Shown here in pieces: positions 50,456 through 63,749 of a stretch of DNA of 64,000 bases. A model generated the notes under the pieces. That model was given only the letters and a program-made list of their open reading frames with translations. It was not told the origin of the DNA and made no database searches. The position numbers and the translations under genes were made by a program. Position 1 is the first letter of the stretch. Every line of letters begins with the position of its first letter. Source of the stretch: Flaccisagitta enflata (Eukaryota); the NCBI GenBank assembly GCA_965153355.1, contig OZ231126.1:11718001-11782000 (forward strand), written 5' to 3'.

Positions 50456-51696
50456 TCACATATAGAGACAGTGAGCGTTTGTATTTTTAAAGCAAATCTG
50501 ACGTCCGACTTTTTGTTGCGGACACGCAATTCTATAAGAGACTTTGTCCGTCTGTCTGTCTGTCCGTCCGTACGTCGGTTGATCCGTAACGCATGAGTCG
50601 AAAAGTGCAAAAACGAACATTTTGGATGTTTCTTTTTGAATAGGTGTGTTGGTGGGGGGGGGCATAGGGTAAGGATGGGGTTTGGATGCCCCTGCCCACC
50701 CATCCGCAACTATTTTGTGACTCCGCGTCACTTGTTCTATTTGCTCTAGAGAACTACAAAAGGTTCAAAGCAACGAGACAAAGATGCTTGCACCGCTTAC
50801 ACCACTCACTCGCTTTGCTCGCTCTCTCCGTTCATGGGCCTGCTCACTTACTTTGCTCACTCCCTTGTAGGATGGTTGCTATTCATAAACATGTGTTCAC
50901 GCTGTAATCATGTTTCACAGAAAACAAGGCCGGATACATGGCTACCAAACTCGCGTGCGGGTGGGCAGGGGCCATATCTGAGGTCACCAGATCAATTGGG
51001 CAGGAGCAGTGAGGTCAAAGAAATAAAATCATGAAAAATAGTAAAGTGTGACCGACCGACCGACCAACCAACCGACCAACCGACCGACGGACAAAGCGGG
51101 TTGTAAAGTCGCGTGCACGCGACTAAAAACGCGATCGTCGTCCTCACTAGAAACATGCTCTAACTGAATTAGGTGTGCTCAGCACTAATTAGGTGGGCAT
51201 TTGAAAAAAATTCATTTATTGGTTTGCAGTCTTTTTTCGTTACCAGAGTTACCAGATTTGGGGGAAAGGATTTGTATACTGCTGGGATATTGCTCTACTA
51301 TTGCATTGATATTTACATTTAGTTATACATAAAAAACAAGTCATCTAAGGATCACACGTGGTCAGCGGTACCCGATGCACTGCTCGGAGTGATTCGCTGG
51401 AGAAGTGGAGTGAGAGCAGGGCAGCGGCCCCATAGAGCCAATGTCCTGTAAGGCACAGGGGGGAATTTCCATACTTCCTGAGAGGGCATATTTGAGGCCT
51501 AAGGACCAATTTTCCATGATATTCAATGGGAGTTTTGCATTTTTCAATTTTTTGTCAATTTGCCATGTTATTCAATGGGAATTTCACATTTTTTTTCATT
51601 TCTTATCAATTTTCCATGTTATTCAATGGGAAATATGAATTTTATCACTTTTTGGGCAGCGGCCCCGGAGGGGCCGATGACCTATGATTCCACATA

Positions 51697-52512
51697 GGAC
51701 AGCGTGCCCACAAAGCCAACATTTAGGGTATCAAAATAGGTCAAAATAGAAAACATACATGAATGAAAATAGAAAAACAAGTGAATAAAAGTGATTTAGA
51801 TAAGACATGCATGATATTTGAAAGCAAAATTTGCATCCCTTTGGCAAGAGACTCCGATTTAGCTTATATAACTGAAGAAGATTTACTGAAAATTTCTACA
51901 AATTTCTTGTTTTGTCACTGACAAGGGGTTGGTCGAAATAATAATTTTGCATAGAAAATGAAAAAATGAAAAATCAAAGAACATAGTTCTCTTCCCGAAT
52001 CGTTTTTAGAGAGAACTATGTTTTTGAAAATGCAAAATTTTTCTGGGTGTGGCTTGCTTGTAATTTCGACATCAGAAAAAAGAAAAAAATGTCAATAAGA
52101 TTTCACAAAAAAATCTTCATTTTTTGCCATTTTCCTTAAGAATTGCTCATCAAAAGGCAACTTAAAGCGTACACACTCGACTGATTCGCGAAGTGAAATC
52201 CTGGGCTTAAATCCATCCTTAAATGGATATCCCTTGGTTTAGAGCTTACATATAAGAATTAGTCATAGCGACAAGCAACTTAAAAGCTTAAATCGATAGA
52301 TTTCAACTCAAGGATTTTCATTCGAAAGAAATACTACTTCGCGATTTACAATTAAACAAAGTAAGTGTGCGTAGAATATGAAACAGTCATACATATCAGG
52401 TTTATCCAGTGACAACTTGAGCAATGAAAACATATGTGGAAGGATAATCAGTCCATTATTGATGCAAAAGTGGGGTGAAGCACTTCATTTTTCCCTGGCA
52501 TATTTGACGTCA
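51697..52512 (+). mobile_element. Copy 2 of the 850-1462 element, inserted in a HINE-like element
   Basis: TA|GGACAGCGTGCCC...ATTTGACGTCA|TA; removing it restores the host motif ttccacaTAgggcaattttct. Confidence 0.8.
52172..52369. mobile_element. 198-bp insertion with CACACT...AGTGTG ends and a 4-bp TSD CGTA (Chapaev-like)
   Basis: Absent from copy 1 of the host element, which shows the empty site aagcgtaaaatat at ~1317-1329. Confidence 0.75.
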
Positions 52513-53166
52513 TAGGGCAATTTTCTCTGGTTTCCGTCCGTCCGTACGTCCCCCCTCGAAGCTTCACAACAAGCCTCCCGGACTGCAAACGAAGCCCTTT
52601 TGATCCCAAATCAGGCCTCTCAGACATCACATCAGGCCTTTCAGAACTTAAACTGACCTTTCTGACCCTAAATCAGGCCCTTTCAGACCCTGAATAAGGC
52701 CTCCTAGACCCTAAATCAGGCCTCTAAGATCCCAAATCAGGCCTCTCAGATCCCAAATCAGGCTTCTCAGACCTAAATCAGGCCTCTCCAACCCCAAGTT
52801 AACTATTTCAGACCCCAAATCAAGCATCTCAGACCCTAAATCAGGCCCTTACAGACCCCAAATCAGACCGCTGAGACCCCAAATCAGGCCTTTCAGACCC
52901 CAAATTAGAACCCTATGCCCCCAAATCAGTCCCTTTCAGACCCCAAATCACGCCTCTCAGACCCTAAATCAGACCTTTCAGACCCAAAATCAGGCCTCTC
53001 AGCCCCCCCAACCTAGCTTTTCAAACCGGAAAAAAATTGTCCTATTTGGAATCATAGGTCTCGTCCCCTCCGGGGCCGCTGCCCCTCTCATAATCTCATA
53101 CCCACATACACTAACTTAGGGGCATCGGGTACTGCAGACCATGTAACGCTTTTGCGACTTTTGGTA

Positions 53167-53729
53167 CAGTAGATCTCGTCTAGACTTGAGATAACAGGGG
53201 CAAGCATTGTAGGAATACAATTAAAGCCAGGGGACTGATATTTGGAACATAGACTAATGAAATGATGCTTTATTGCCCATGATAGTTGGTTGCCATGGAA
53301 ACGCATTTCTATGTATTTACGCTAAAATATCAACATTTTGAGAAATTTTTTGAGGGAACATTGCTTAAAATTAAATTTGCTAAAACTTTCCTACAGTAAG
53401 TTCTGTAAGAATGTCGCTCGTTTAGCGGTTGCTCGGGGTTGTCACACATGGATACGCTCCCTAGCAACGGCCAAACAAGCGATATTCTTACAGAACATAC
53501 TGTGGGAAAGTTGTAGCAAATTTGATTTTAAGCAATGTTCCCTCAAAAAATCTCTCAAAATATTAATATTTTAGCAAGAATACATGGAAATGTGTTTCCA
53601 TGGCAACCAAGTATCATGGGGAATAAATCATTCTTTTATTAGTTTATATTTCAAATATCAGCCCCTTAGCTTTATTTGTTCTTCTATAATACTTGCCCCC
53701 GTTATCTCAAGTCTAGACGAGATCTACTG
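53167..53729. mobile_element. 563-bp hairpin MITE, TA TSD (Tc1/mariner/pogo type)
   Basis: TA|CAGTAGATCTCGTCTAGACTTGAGATAAC...GTTATCTCAAGTCTAGACGAGATCTACTG|TA; symmetric about ~53448. Confidence 0.9.
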
Positions 53730-54329
53730 TAAATATTCCATGTTATTCAATGGGATGTTTGCATTTTATCAATTTTCCATGTTATTTAATGAGAATTTGA
53801 GGCTTGAGAAGCTTCGGGGAGGGGGGGCAAACGGATGGAAGGACGGACGTATGAAAATTCACCCCTGTGTCCTACAGTAGGCCTTGATCTACAACTTGGA
53901 ATTTCTAAGGCTGAGAGCGGATCTCGCTTTGAAAAAAACTCGCCCCCTGAAGTGTTGACTGTTGTTACAGGCTCTATACTACGATGGACCATTTACTGAA
54001 AATGTTAAAAACGCGCTTTGAAAAGCAGTCCCACATGTGAGGTTATTCCCATGGAATGAGAGAAATTTGTCTGGGGCTTCAAAACAATCTGCAACCATCG
54101 CTTACATCTCTGTGGCAACATCAAAACTCAGTAAGAGATTATTTTAGAAGAACACTGCTTTTCCAATTGGCATTGGACGTCTTAGTATGACACGTACCTC
54201 CTTGTTTTGAATAAATTTTTTTTTATCTTTTTATATTTACACGTTTACGTCAAGAATAGATTTAAAGAATCAAAAATATATTAAGTATCATGAATTAATA
54301 GCTTAGGTTTGAAAACTGCTATGATAATC

Positions 54330-54337
54330 ATACACAC

Positions 54338-54369
<32 letters not shown>

Positions 54370-54377
54370 ACACACAT

Positions 54378-54469
<92 letters not shown>

Positions 54470-54544
54470 ACACACATACACACACACACACACACACACA
54501 TACACACACATACACACACATACACACACATACACACACATACA

Positions 54545-54592
<48 letters not shown>
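54330..54592. repeat. (CA)n microsatellite
   Basis: Directly visible; other CA tracts at ~24700-24795 and 63360-63445. Confidence 0.95.
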
Positions 54593-54593
<1 letters not shown>

Positions 54594-55810
54594 ATTTGTT
54601 TACAATAGAGTGCTATCACGCTCTCAAAGCTACAACATACAGTAACAAGTTCTAGTTTCATTATCCCCAACTTATTACCACGTGCATTGAATCACAACCA
54701 TTGTGTCATCTTTTTAGAAGCATCCTCTCATCCCAAAAAAGGGTGTGTCTGCAGGAAGGTCAGTCAGTCTGTCCATCTGTAGCAAGAAATGATTTTCTGG
54801 GGGTTTTCTCTCAATTTCTTCATTTCTTTTTGGGCAGCGGCCCCAAAAGGGATGAAGTTCTATAGAACACAGAGGAGCTTTTGTTCTGTCGTCCATTTGT
54901 CTGTTTGTTCATTCATCCCCCACTTTCAGGCCTCTCAAGCTTCTCAGGCCTAATCAGGCCTCTTTTGACTCATAGACCTCTCAGACCTTGAATCAGGTAT
55001 CAAATTAGCCCTTTCAGAGCCTCAAATTAGGCATCTCAGGCATTACATCAAGTTTCTAGGGCCTCAAATCTGGCCACTCAGGCCTCTATTCATCCCTCTA
55101 GGACTTCAAACCTATTTAGCCACAAATCAGGCCTCAATGCAGGTTTCTCAGGCCTCTAATCGATCCTCTTAGGCTTCAAAACTGCCCTCGCAGGCCTCAA
55201 ATCATGGATAAGACAGGCGCACAGATGAACAAACAAAAGTCTCCTTGTGTTCTACAGGACTTTGTGCCTTTTGGGACCGCTGCCCTGCTTCCTCCCACAA
55301 CCATGCAGAGCAGGGCAATGGTATCGCTGACCACATTTTGCCCTTGGGTGACTGGTTTTATGATATCTTGTATCTAAAGAGGACAAATCTATTGAACATA
55401 AGCATAAGCAATGTTAACTAGCATTAGTCACATAAGGTTTAAGTGGTCAGCGGTACCCGATGCCCTTACAATGAGGGGCAGCGGCCCCATAGGGACAGAT
55501 AACCTATGCTTATGAGCATGGGGAACCATGGATTTAAGGTTTTAGGCAAGGATATGGGTCTTAGGGTTGCAATTCTGGCCTTGGGGTTGAAATACGGGCC
55601 TGAAGGCTGAGATTTAAATCTTGTGGCTGGGTTTTGGCCTCCAAGCTGAGTTTTGGTCTCCAAGGCTAGGATTTGCATATCCAAGGCTAGGATTTGATTC
55701 ACCAGGGGTGGTAGTGGGGGGGGGAAACCCCTAATATTTAAGTCCCAAAGACCTTTAGTGCAGTAGTTCATAGCAGTTTTCCTTCATTTGTCTGTCTATT
55801 CTTCTGTCTA

Positions 55811-56383
55811 CTATTTTAGAAATAAAAAGGTTTCCGCACAATTTCACGTATATCTCAGACCAGAATCAACAAATCATCAAAAAATTGGTGAGATTATCAA
55901 AGCCCTTCAAATCTGCAAGCAATCTGCGCATATCGCATCTCTATAACTCATTCAGTCATTGCATTCAAAAGTTATTCAACTTTGAATGAAATGTTTCAAT
56001 TTCGTTCTACACAATCTTCCAATGATAACACATCCTTCTAAACGCATTGAGCTAGACAGATGAGGTTTGTGTAGACTGCTTGCAAATTTGGTGGGCTACA
56101 TTTATGTCACCCATCTTTTTATGATTTGTGGAATCTCTTCGGAGCTATCAGTTTAAACGTAGCAAAAGAAAAGATCAAGAAAATCCCTGGAAAGATCTGG
56201 AACGCCATCTCTCCAGAGTACTTAGGGAAGCTCTGCAAACTGCTTCTCTGATGAATAGCGGCAGTGATTCAGTCAAAGGAGGCTAACATTAAATATTTAT
56301 AGATTTGCAATTAATTTGTGTTCATTTTTACGTCAATAAATAGACTAATGCTATATGTAGAAACCTTTTTATTTCTAAGATAG
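55811..56383 (+). mobile_element. Internally deleted Tc1-like transposon with a decayed transposase C-terminus
   Basis: TA|CTATTTTAGAAATAAAAAGGTTTC...GAAACCTTTTTATTTCTAAGATAG|TA. From ~56195 it reads IWNAISPEYLGKLCKLLL**IAAVIQSKEANIKY, resembling the Tc1 C-terminal W..I...L..L.S.P.R..AVI..KG..TKY motif. Confidence 0.75.
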
Positions 56384-56730
56384 TACGTAGCAATCTGTTC
56401 ATTTTTAGTCGCGTGCACATGACTCTACACCTTGGTCTGTCGGTCGGTTGGTCGGTTGGTCCCGTAACATTTTTAAATTTTTGACATTTTTTACTATTCT
56501 TTAGCATTTTTTAAAATTTTCTAACATTTTTTTGGAATTTTCTGATATTTTCAGCTTTTTGACATTTTTTAATCGTTTTAACATTTTGTAATATTTTTTT
56601 CACATTTTTTCACATTTTTAATACTTTTTAACATTTTTCAACATTTCTTTACATTTCTTAACATTTTGTTTGTCATTTCCAGAGGCACGCAACTGTTGCC
56701 CTCTTGGGGTCGTTCTGGCTCTTTGTCACG

Positions 56731-56814
<84 letters not shown>

Positions 56815-57439
56815 ACTCAACCAAAGCTCATGAAACACTGTTTTCCGTCAGACTGTGTCTGTTGGTGGGTTGGTCAGTCGGTTGGTTGGTTAACGCATTT
56901 GTTTGACGATCCACATGTCACACCTTTTTGGCCTTGTTTTCTTTATGAGCACCTAATTTGTAAGAATATCAAGGCATGGAAGCACTCCCAAATTAATAAT
57001 ATTGTAGCTTTTTCATTGGTAGCCATCTTTATCTCTTTTGAAGGCTTCGGCCAAAAAATGATGTTCTTATAAAAAAACGAAGTGTAATTGATCCTCATTT
57101 CTAGTGAAAACTGGAAACAAGCCCAATCAGGCAACACTACATTCTGCATTAATTTCTCATCCAAAAGAATTTTTCATCATTAGAGGTCTAGTGTAAGCGA
57201 TGGTTTGCAGTTGTTTTCAACCATAGGAAAATTTTTCCGCGTTTATCTCACAACACCTCATGATTTAGTCACCTTTTTAAACATGAATAAGCTTTTTCAC
57301 CGTATATGGTCCATCGTACTCTATACGCCACCGATCTAGGCGTTCTTGGTCTTGTTTGACGGAGATTTGATTTCTCTCGCTCAACTTTAACTGTCATTAT
57401 TTTCTTCTTAGGGGCCTAAAGCCCGCTCCATATTGAGAT

Positions 57440-57990
57440 TTTTTTGAAAAAAAGTGAGGTGCAATCAACAGGAAATTTTGATTTGCCTAGATCCAAAATC
57501 TTGTATTTTCACTTTTTTCAAAAAACTTAGATAATTTTTATGTCGCGCGTCAAGGACTTAAAAAAAAAAATCACAAAATATTTTTTTGAAAAATGGTTTT
57601 CAAAAGTGGGGTGCAATCAATAGGAAATTGTTTGATTTGCCTAGATCCAAAATCCTACATTTTCATTTTTTTTTCAGAAAACTTAAAAAAAATTTTTGTC
57701 CCGCGTCAGGGACTTAAAAAAAAAATCATAAAATATTTTTTTGAAAAATGATTTTTGAAAGTGGGGTGCTATCAATAGGAAATTGTTTGATTTGCCTAGA
57801 TCCAAAATCTTGTATTTTCATTTTTTTCAAAAAACTTTGAAATTTTTTTGTATCACGCGTCAGGGACTTAGAAAAAAAAATCACAAAATATTTTTTTGAA
57901 AAAAGGTTTTCAAATGTGGGGTGCAATTGATAGGAAATTGTTTTATTCGCCTAGATCCAAAACCTGTAAAATTACTTTTTTCAAAAAATT
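57440..57990. repeat. ~155-bp tandem repeat, ~3.5 copies
   Basis: gcctagatccaaaa recurs at about 57485, 57639, 57794 and 57949. Confidence 0.85.
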
Positions 57991-58387
57991 CAAAAATTTG
58001 ATTGGGGGCGAGTTCAAAGAAAAAACAGAAAAAAAGAACGTCGGTTTTCTCTTTTACTTTTTAAGTATGAAAAAGGCCGTAACTTCTAAACTATTGATGC
58101 GATTGTCCTGAAATTTGAAATACCAGCTGACGTCATGCTTCTCGACGTATGAGCTAAAAATCTCAATTGTGAACTGTTGTAAAGTTGGGCGCACTTCTTT
58201 GCCTACCTACAGGTCATCGGCCCTTTGGAGCCGCTGCCTAAAAAGGTATTTTTAGTTGCGGACACGCAACTCTATAAGAGGCTTTATCCGTCCGTCCGTC
58301 CGTCCATTGTTCCATCCGTCCGTCCATCAGCACGAGTCGAAAAATGGGAAAACGCGCATATCCGCCCCTGCCCACCCGCCCGCAACT

Positions 58388-58466
<79 letters not shown>

Positions 58467-58828
58467 TCTTGCGCGCGCTTAAAATAAAGCTTAGTCGCAG
58501 GAAAAAACACATCTATAGGTCAAATTTCGGCCTTGTTAGTCGGTCTCACTTTTTCGGCGTTAGCTTTTTCGGCGTAACAGGCGGTTTTTGTATTGCTGCT
58601 CCTGCCCAAAAGCTTGAGTTAACCTTTTTTGGGCAGTGGCCCCGAAGGGGTAGATGACCTATGCTTTCACACACATGGGGGATTTTCTACTCCTCCTTCT
58701 TCTCATCCGTCCATCCCCCCTCTGACTCAGATGCTAGCCTCGAGGCCCAAATCCTAGCCTCGAGGCCCAAATCCCAGCCCAAAAAAACATAAAAAAAAGT
58801 GACCCATTTTACCCCACTTCACCATATA

Positions 58829-59113
58829 CAGTCAGCGGACAAAACATTATAGGTATTTATATCATACTGTAAACAAAATATTATATGCAACAACCAGTGG
58901 TTTAAATAACATCCGGCTGTGATGTTACAAAATTTTTGCATTACAGCCGGCTGTAATTCTAACAACCCGTTGTTTAATACAACATTTTGTTTGTTACAGC
59001 CGGCTATAACTTGAGCAACTGATTGTTGCATATAATATTTTGTTTTTGAGCAGTATATTAGATAGAAGCCAGTGGTATGATATATATACCTAAAGTGTTT
59101 TGTCCACTGACTG
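58829..59113. mobile_element. Tc1-like MITE, TA TSD
   Basis: TA|CAGTCAGCGGACAAAAC...GTTTTGTCCACTGACTG|TA with internal symmetry. Confidence 0.8.
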
Positions 59114-62100
59114 TAAAGTTGCATAGCACGCGACATAGAAGTACAAAGAGCTATGGACTGTAATGTCATAAAACGCTTTCAATTAAAACGCTGTTTGTTT
59201 GCATGTGTAGTTTTGAAAGAAAATCAGGGGTTGTAATTTTTGCATGCAAAGCAGTAATGTATTCATTTAAAGGAAGAGTGATATGGTTCATTTTGTGTTT
59301 GGCAGACAAACAGACGATCCAAAGCAGCTGGTTCATTTGCATTTTTTGAAAACAGAGTGTCTCTTGTTGCGATGTTGTTGGGCCGGTCGACTTTTTTTTA
59401 TTTTCTATATTGTTGGCACGTATTTAATGCTAAACCTGACAGGTCGCCGAAGGGCAATATGTGGTCAGCGATACCCATTTTCCTGCTTTGCATGGTTGTA
59501 AATTGGAATGAGAGGAAGCAGGGCAGCGGCCCAGAAGGGGACAATGTCCTGTAGAAAACAGGGGGACTTCCGTTTGTTCGTTCAACAGTCCCCCCAGGCT
59601 CGCTCAGCCTAACATCTGCCCTCTTGGGGCTTGAATCTGAGAGAGCAGGTTTCAGGCTCGAGAGGGCAGATTTCAGGCCTGAGAGGGCAGATTCAAGGCC
59701 TGGCTGGATAAATTTCAGGCCTGATTGTAGATTTCAGGTCTGAGAGGAAGGATTTCAGGCCTGAGAGTACAGATTTCAGGCCTAAGAGGGCAGGGAGGGC
59801 ACTTTGGCTGAAATTGCTAATTCCGAGGAAAAAAAATGAAGGATTTTTCATGAATTTTTCTTTTTGATATCTCTTACTGTGAGGAGGAGAGAAAAAAAAA
59901 GGAGTTGCTTTCTTTTAGAGGGGTTCATTAAACGCTTGCGACCACTAAATTCAGAAATCTATTGGATTTCTTTATCATCATTTTTGGAGAACCTGTTAAA
60001 AAGAAATAATTTGATTGCCCGCGATGGAAACGAATCTCACGCCGCTGAGGTTGCAAGCGCGCTTACAGCCGAGAAAGTCATTGAATATAATCCCGTTGTT
60101 ATTTGTTATATTTGACTTTTTTCCCGATCACAGAAAGACTGACAGAAAGACTGACAAACCAACCAGATGGATGGACTGATGGATAGACAAAGTATTTGCA
60201 AAACGCATCCGCAAATAAACAAGGCCAGATACACGGCAACACAGTCGCGGATGGTTGGGCAGGAGCAATAAAGCGAAAACCGTTCGGAATTAAAAAAATT
60301 GACGGACAGACAGACTGACCGACCTATCGACCTACCGACCGACAGGGCAGAGTGTAGAGTCGCGTGTCCGCGACTAAAAACTAAATCTATCCCTTGTTGG
60401 TATGACTTTCTATCTCTTGCCAGCGTAAACAACAGACAGAGAGGCATTAGAATTAATACCTCTAGTTACTTCAGGTTAGTTTAAGTCCCCGACTGGGTAT
60501 TAAAGCTAGTGACTCAGTTGAGTAATTAGGCCTAATTACCATATCATTTTGAAGCTTCATTTGGCTATCTAGGGGGTGAGTCCGAGTTGAAATGAATTCA
60601 CCCATAAGACGCCCTTAGCAAGATATACTTCTGGCATGATTTTTGGAAAAATTACCAGACCCTCATCATCGACATTTTTCTTGACCATTTTTTATGTGAG
60701 GTCCACAAACATGCCAGATTTGGCAAAACATGTTAAAATTGGTATCAAAATGAAGCCTACGTCAGGGGCTTTCCACTAATACGTCGCTTATTATGTTTGA
60801 CTTAAGTTAACATGGCAAACGCACGGCTAGAAGAAAGCACAAAAATGCAGGTAATTAGTTCTACTACCTTTGTCACTCCCCAGCTGTATGACTTCGGTAT
60901 CAATGTCCAATGCTCTCATTGAGCATATTTGACCTAGTTTCGATAGGACTGAGTGAGATTTGCAAAAAAAAATTTGAATATCAATGATCTATTCAAAGAA
61001 AATGCTAATTTTGGCTATTTGAAGCTATTGTTGGCCTGGTTTTGGCCTGTTATGATCCCCATAGCAATGTCCAAAGCTCTTAATAAGTGTATTTGTCCTA
61101 GTTCTGAGCTAATTGAGAGTGATTGGCAAAAAATTTTAAATAACACTGATATTTTGGAAAAAAATACTGTTTTTGGCTGTTTTGGGTTATTTTTGGCCTG
61201 TTATTGGCAATACACTGTCCCTGTATGGCTGCAAAGTTCTTGTAAACTGTATATTCACTTCAGTTTTTATTAGATTTGATTAAAAAATACAACCAGGTAA
61301 CGATAGTGTACTTCAAATAGCCAAAAAATGCATTTTTACCAAAAAAATTGCAAAAAAATGGATTTTTGAAAGGGGGGCCAAAAAAATATCCCAAAATGGA
61401 GGTCAGATTTGTGTTCAGCACAAAAAAATATGTCAGAGTAGTGAAGTTCCAGAGTTTTTTGGCAATTTTGACTCTACACTTCCTTAAGCTACCTGACTAG
61501 AAAACAAAATCTGCAAAATTCTGTTTGAGTGTTCTCGCGTGAAAGTCTAAGTTTGCATAGAAATGCACAAAATCAAAAAAATAAACACATGGCCCTGTTC
61601 TACATTCACTAGAGATCACAGCCATGTTCTTGGAAATGCAAAATTTGACTCGTGGAGGCAGTCTTAGACTTTCACGTCCAAGAAATAATATTTTCAAAAG
61701 CTCTCACTCTTGATGTTTTTTCTGGAGTCAGGTCAAAATAAGCGGAAAAAAACTTTCGGGAGGGTGAATTTTTGAGACCTAATGATGGTCAGGGTTCCAA
61801 CTGACGAAGATTAAATGGCGGTTTTGTGTTTGAGTGACTTATGATATTACAATACCTCAAAATTCCCTGACTTCTTTGATTATGCAAATTGGCTTCGCAA
61901 CCAGAGGGAGATACATATTTTTAGGGATTTTTGCTTTTTGGCTGGGAGTAAATACCAGCAAACGAAAGAAGTCGTACCGTAGGTCTATGGCACCGCCCAT
62001 GACCGGTCATTTAGTCTTTGGGTCTATATCATACAAAGAAAATATGATATCACACTCAAGAGGTAGGAAAATGTCGCAACGCTAGATTCTCCCTTTGGTG

Positions 62101-63162
62101 GAATTTCCCAAAGAGGTTTTTGCTATTTCCATCTTGTTTCTGGACTTAGAATCGGTTCAAGCATGTCGATAGGTACCTTAGCTATTCCCCCACTGGTGTA
62201 AAGGATGGAGGGAACAAAACGGAAAAGATTTAAGTGTGTTTTACACCTAAAAACTTGATGAAAAAATTGTTTTGTGATCGTCAACACTGCGACTTATAGA
62301 GTCGCGTGTCCGCGACTAAAAACCGAATAAAAGTTTATCCGTTTTCCGAAGCGGGAAGCTAGAACTAGAAGCCAGAATGCGGAAAACTTTAATGTTGATG
62401 TCAACAACTTGTTAACTTTGTCACAGTGTTAGGGACAAACGGACTGAGAGTCCGACCAACGGACGAAAAGGCTGATCAACGGATAGACCAACGAAAAGAC
62501 CTGACTTAAGAAGTCGCATTAAGCTAAATACTAAATGAGGGCGCCTCTTAACTTTTGGGTCACGTCACGATCATTTCTCAAACAATCACAGTCCGAAAGA
62601 ATCAATTGATATTGTAAACATCTTTCCTACGTCATGAAATTACGAGAAGGAAAATAGGAAAAAGACTATTTCAACAACGGTAACAATTTTTTGAATAACC
62701 GGTTTTTGCATTATAACCCCTGCCTCTCCGCAGGTTGTTCTATAAAATATGTGCTTGGTTTACCAACCTCTCACAATGATGCGCTGTCATGTTCGTTTAC
62801 AATGAATATCTATTCAAACCGCAAAAAGTGAGGGTAATGTTATTGAGGCATGAAGCTATTTCGCAGGAGCACCGGTTACATATATAAACATTAACCAGCT
62901 CCCTGTACGTACCAACCTAGACTTACTTAGTCGCCTGCGGATGGGCAGATGTAGTGATGATATATGTGAATCAAGCATTTGGATATATTTAACGATATGT
63001 TCACAACCCTTAACAGCCAAATGATCTGCTTTGGTTGCTATACTTCATATGATCATATCATACATCTGGGATCGACCGACAGACGGACACAGCCTATTAC
63101 AGAGATGCGAGGACGCATCTAAAAATCACCCACGTCTCTGTCTTAAGTATTGCCATTGGATC

Positions 63163-63343
63163 ATGAACTCGCCTCAAGTTCATCGTCCTCGTCGTCGTCT
63201 TAATCTGAGTCGTCGTCCTCCGTTAATGCGAAGTTTTTCGTCATTCTTTGTTCCTATGCTGCTGAGCAATTTCGTCTCGGTTGCTCTGATGAAGGATGCT
63301 TCCACGAAGAAGTTTGCAGTAATTGTGGATGCAGGAAGCTCGG
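63163..63343 (+). CDS. ENTPD: Exon 1 of a second, tandem NTPDase/apyrase paralogue (gene continues beyond the window)
   Basis: MNSPQVHRPRRR...FFVPMLLSNFVSVALMKDASTKKFAVIVDAGSS. KKFAVIVDAGSS is identical to gene 1 and ends at the same phase-1 donor (G|gtatgt). Confidence 0.85.
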
Positions 63344-63356
63344 GTATGTGACATTC

Positions 63357-63449
<93 letters not shown>

Positions 63450-63749
63450 AGGATAACTATATATCTAAGAAACATAGAACCGACACCACACCCACTATTA
63501 CAAGAAAACCAAATTGCCAAAGCCGCGATCAACGGCGCGCGGGTACCATATATATGAAAAGTAACGAGTCCGCGTTTTATGAGATAGTAATGTGCTTGAC
63601 AACATTACTACTCAACCCTACTTTAATAAAGGATGAGCCTTTTATTTCATTGCGTTTAATCTGATCTATCACACCATCTCAAATTTCAAAAACACTAATA
63701 GCAATATATCCCTTAAAATGTTTAATCGATATGAACAAAGTTACCCAAA

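Larger units (their letters stand above)
49265..60886. mobile_element. 11.6-kb segment bounded by ~440-bp inverted repeats and a 5-bp TSD (TATGA)
   Basis: TATGA|CAGCTGGGGAGTAACAAAGGTAGTAG...CTACTACCTTTGTCACTCCCCAGCTG|TATGA. Inverted similarity spans ~49265-49703 vs ~60446-60886. Both flanks belong to the same degenerate repeat in the same orientation. Confidence 0.75.
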
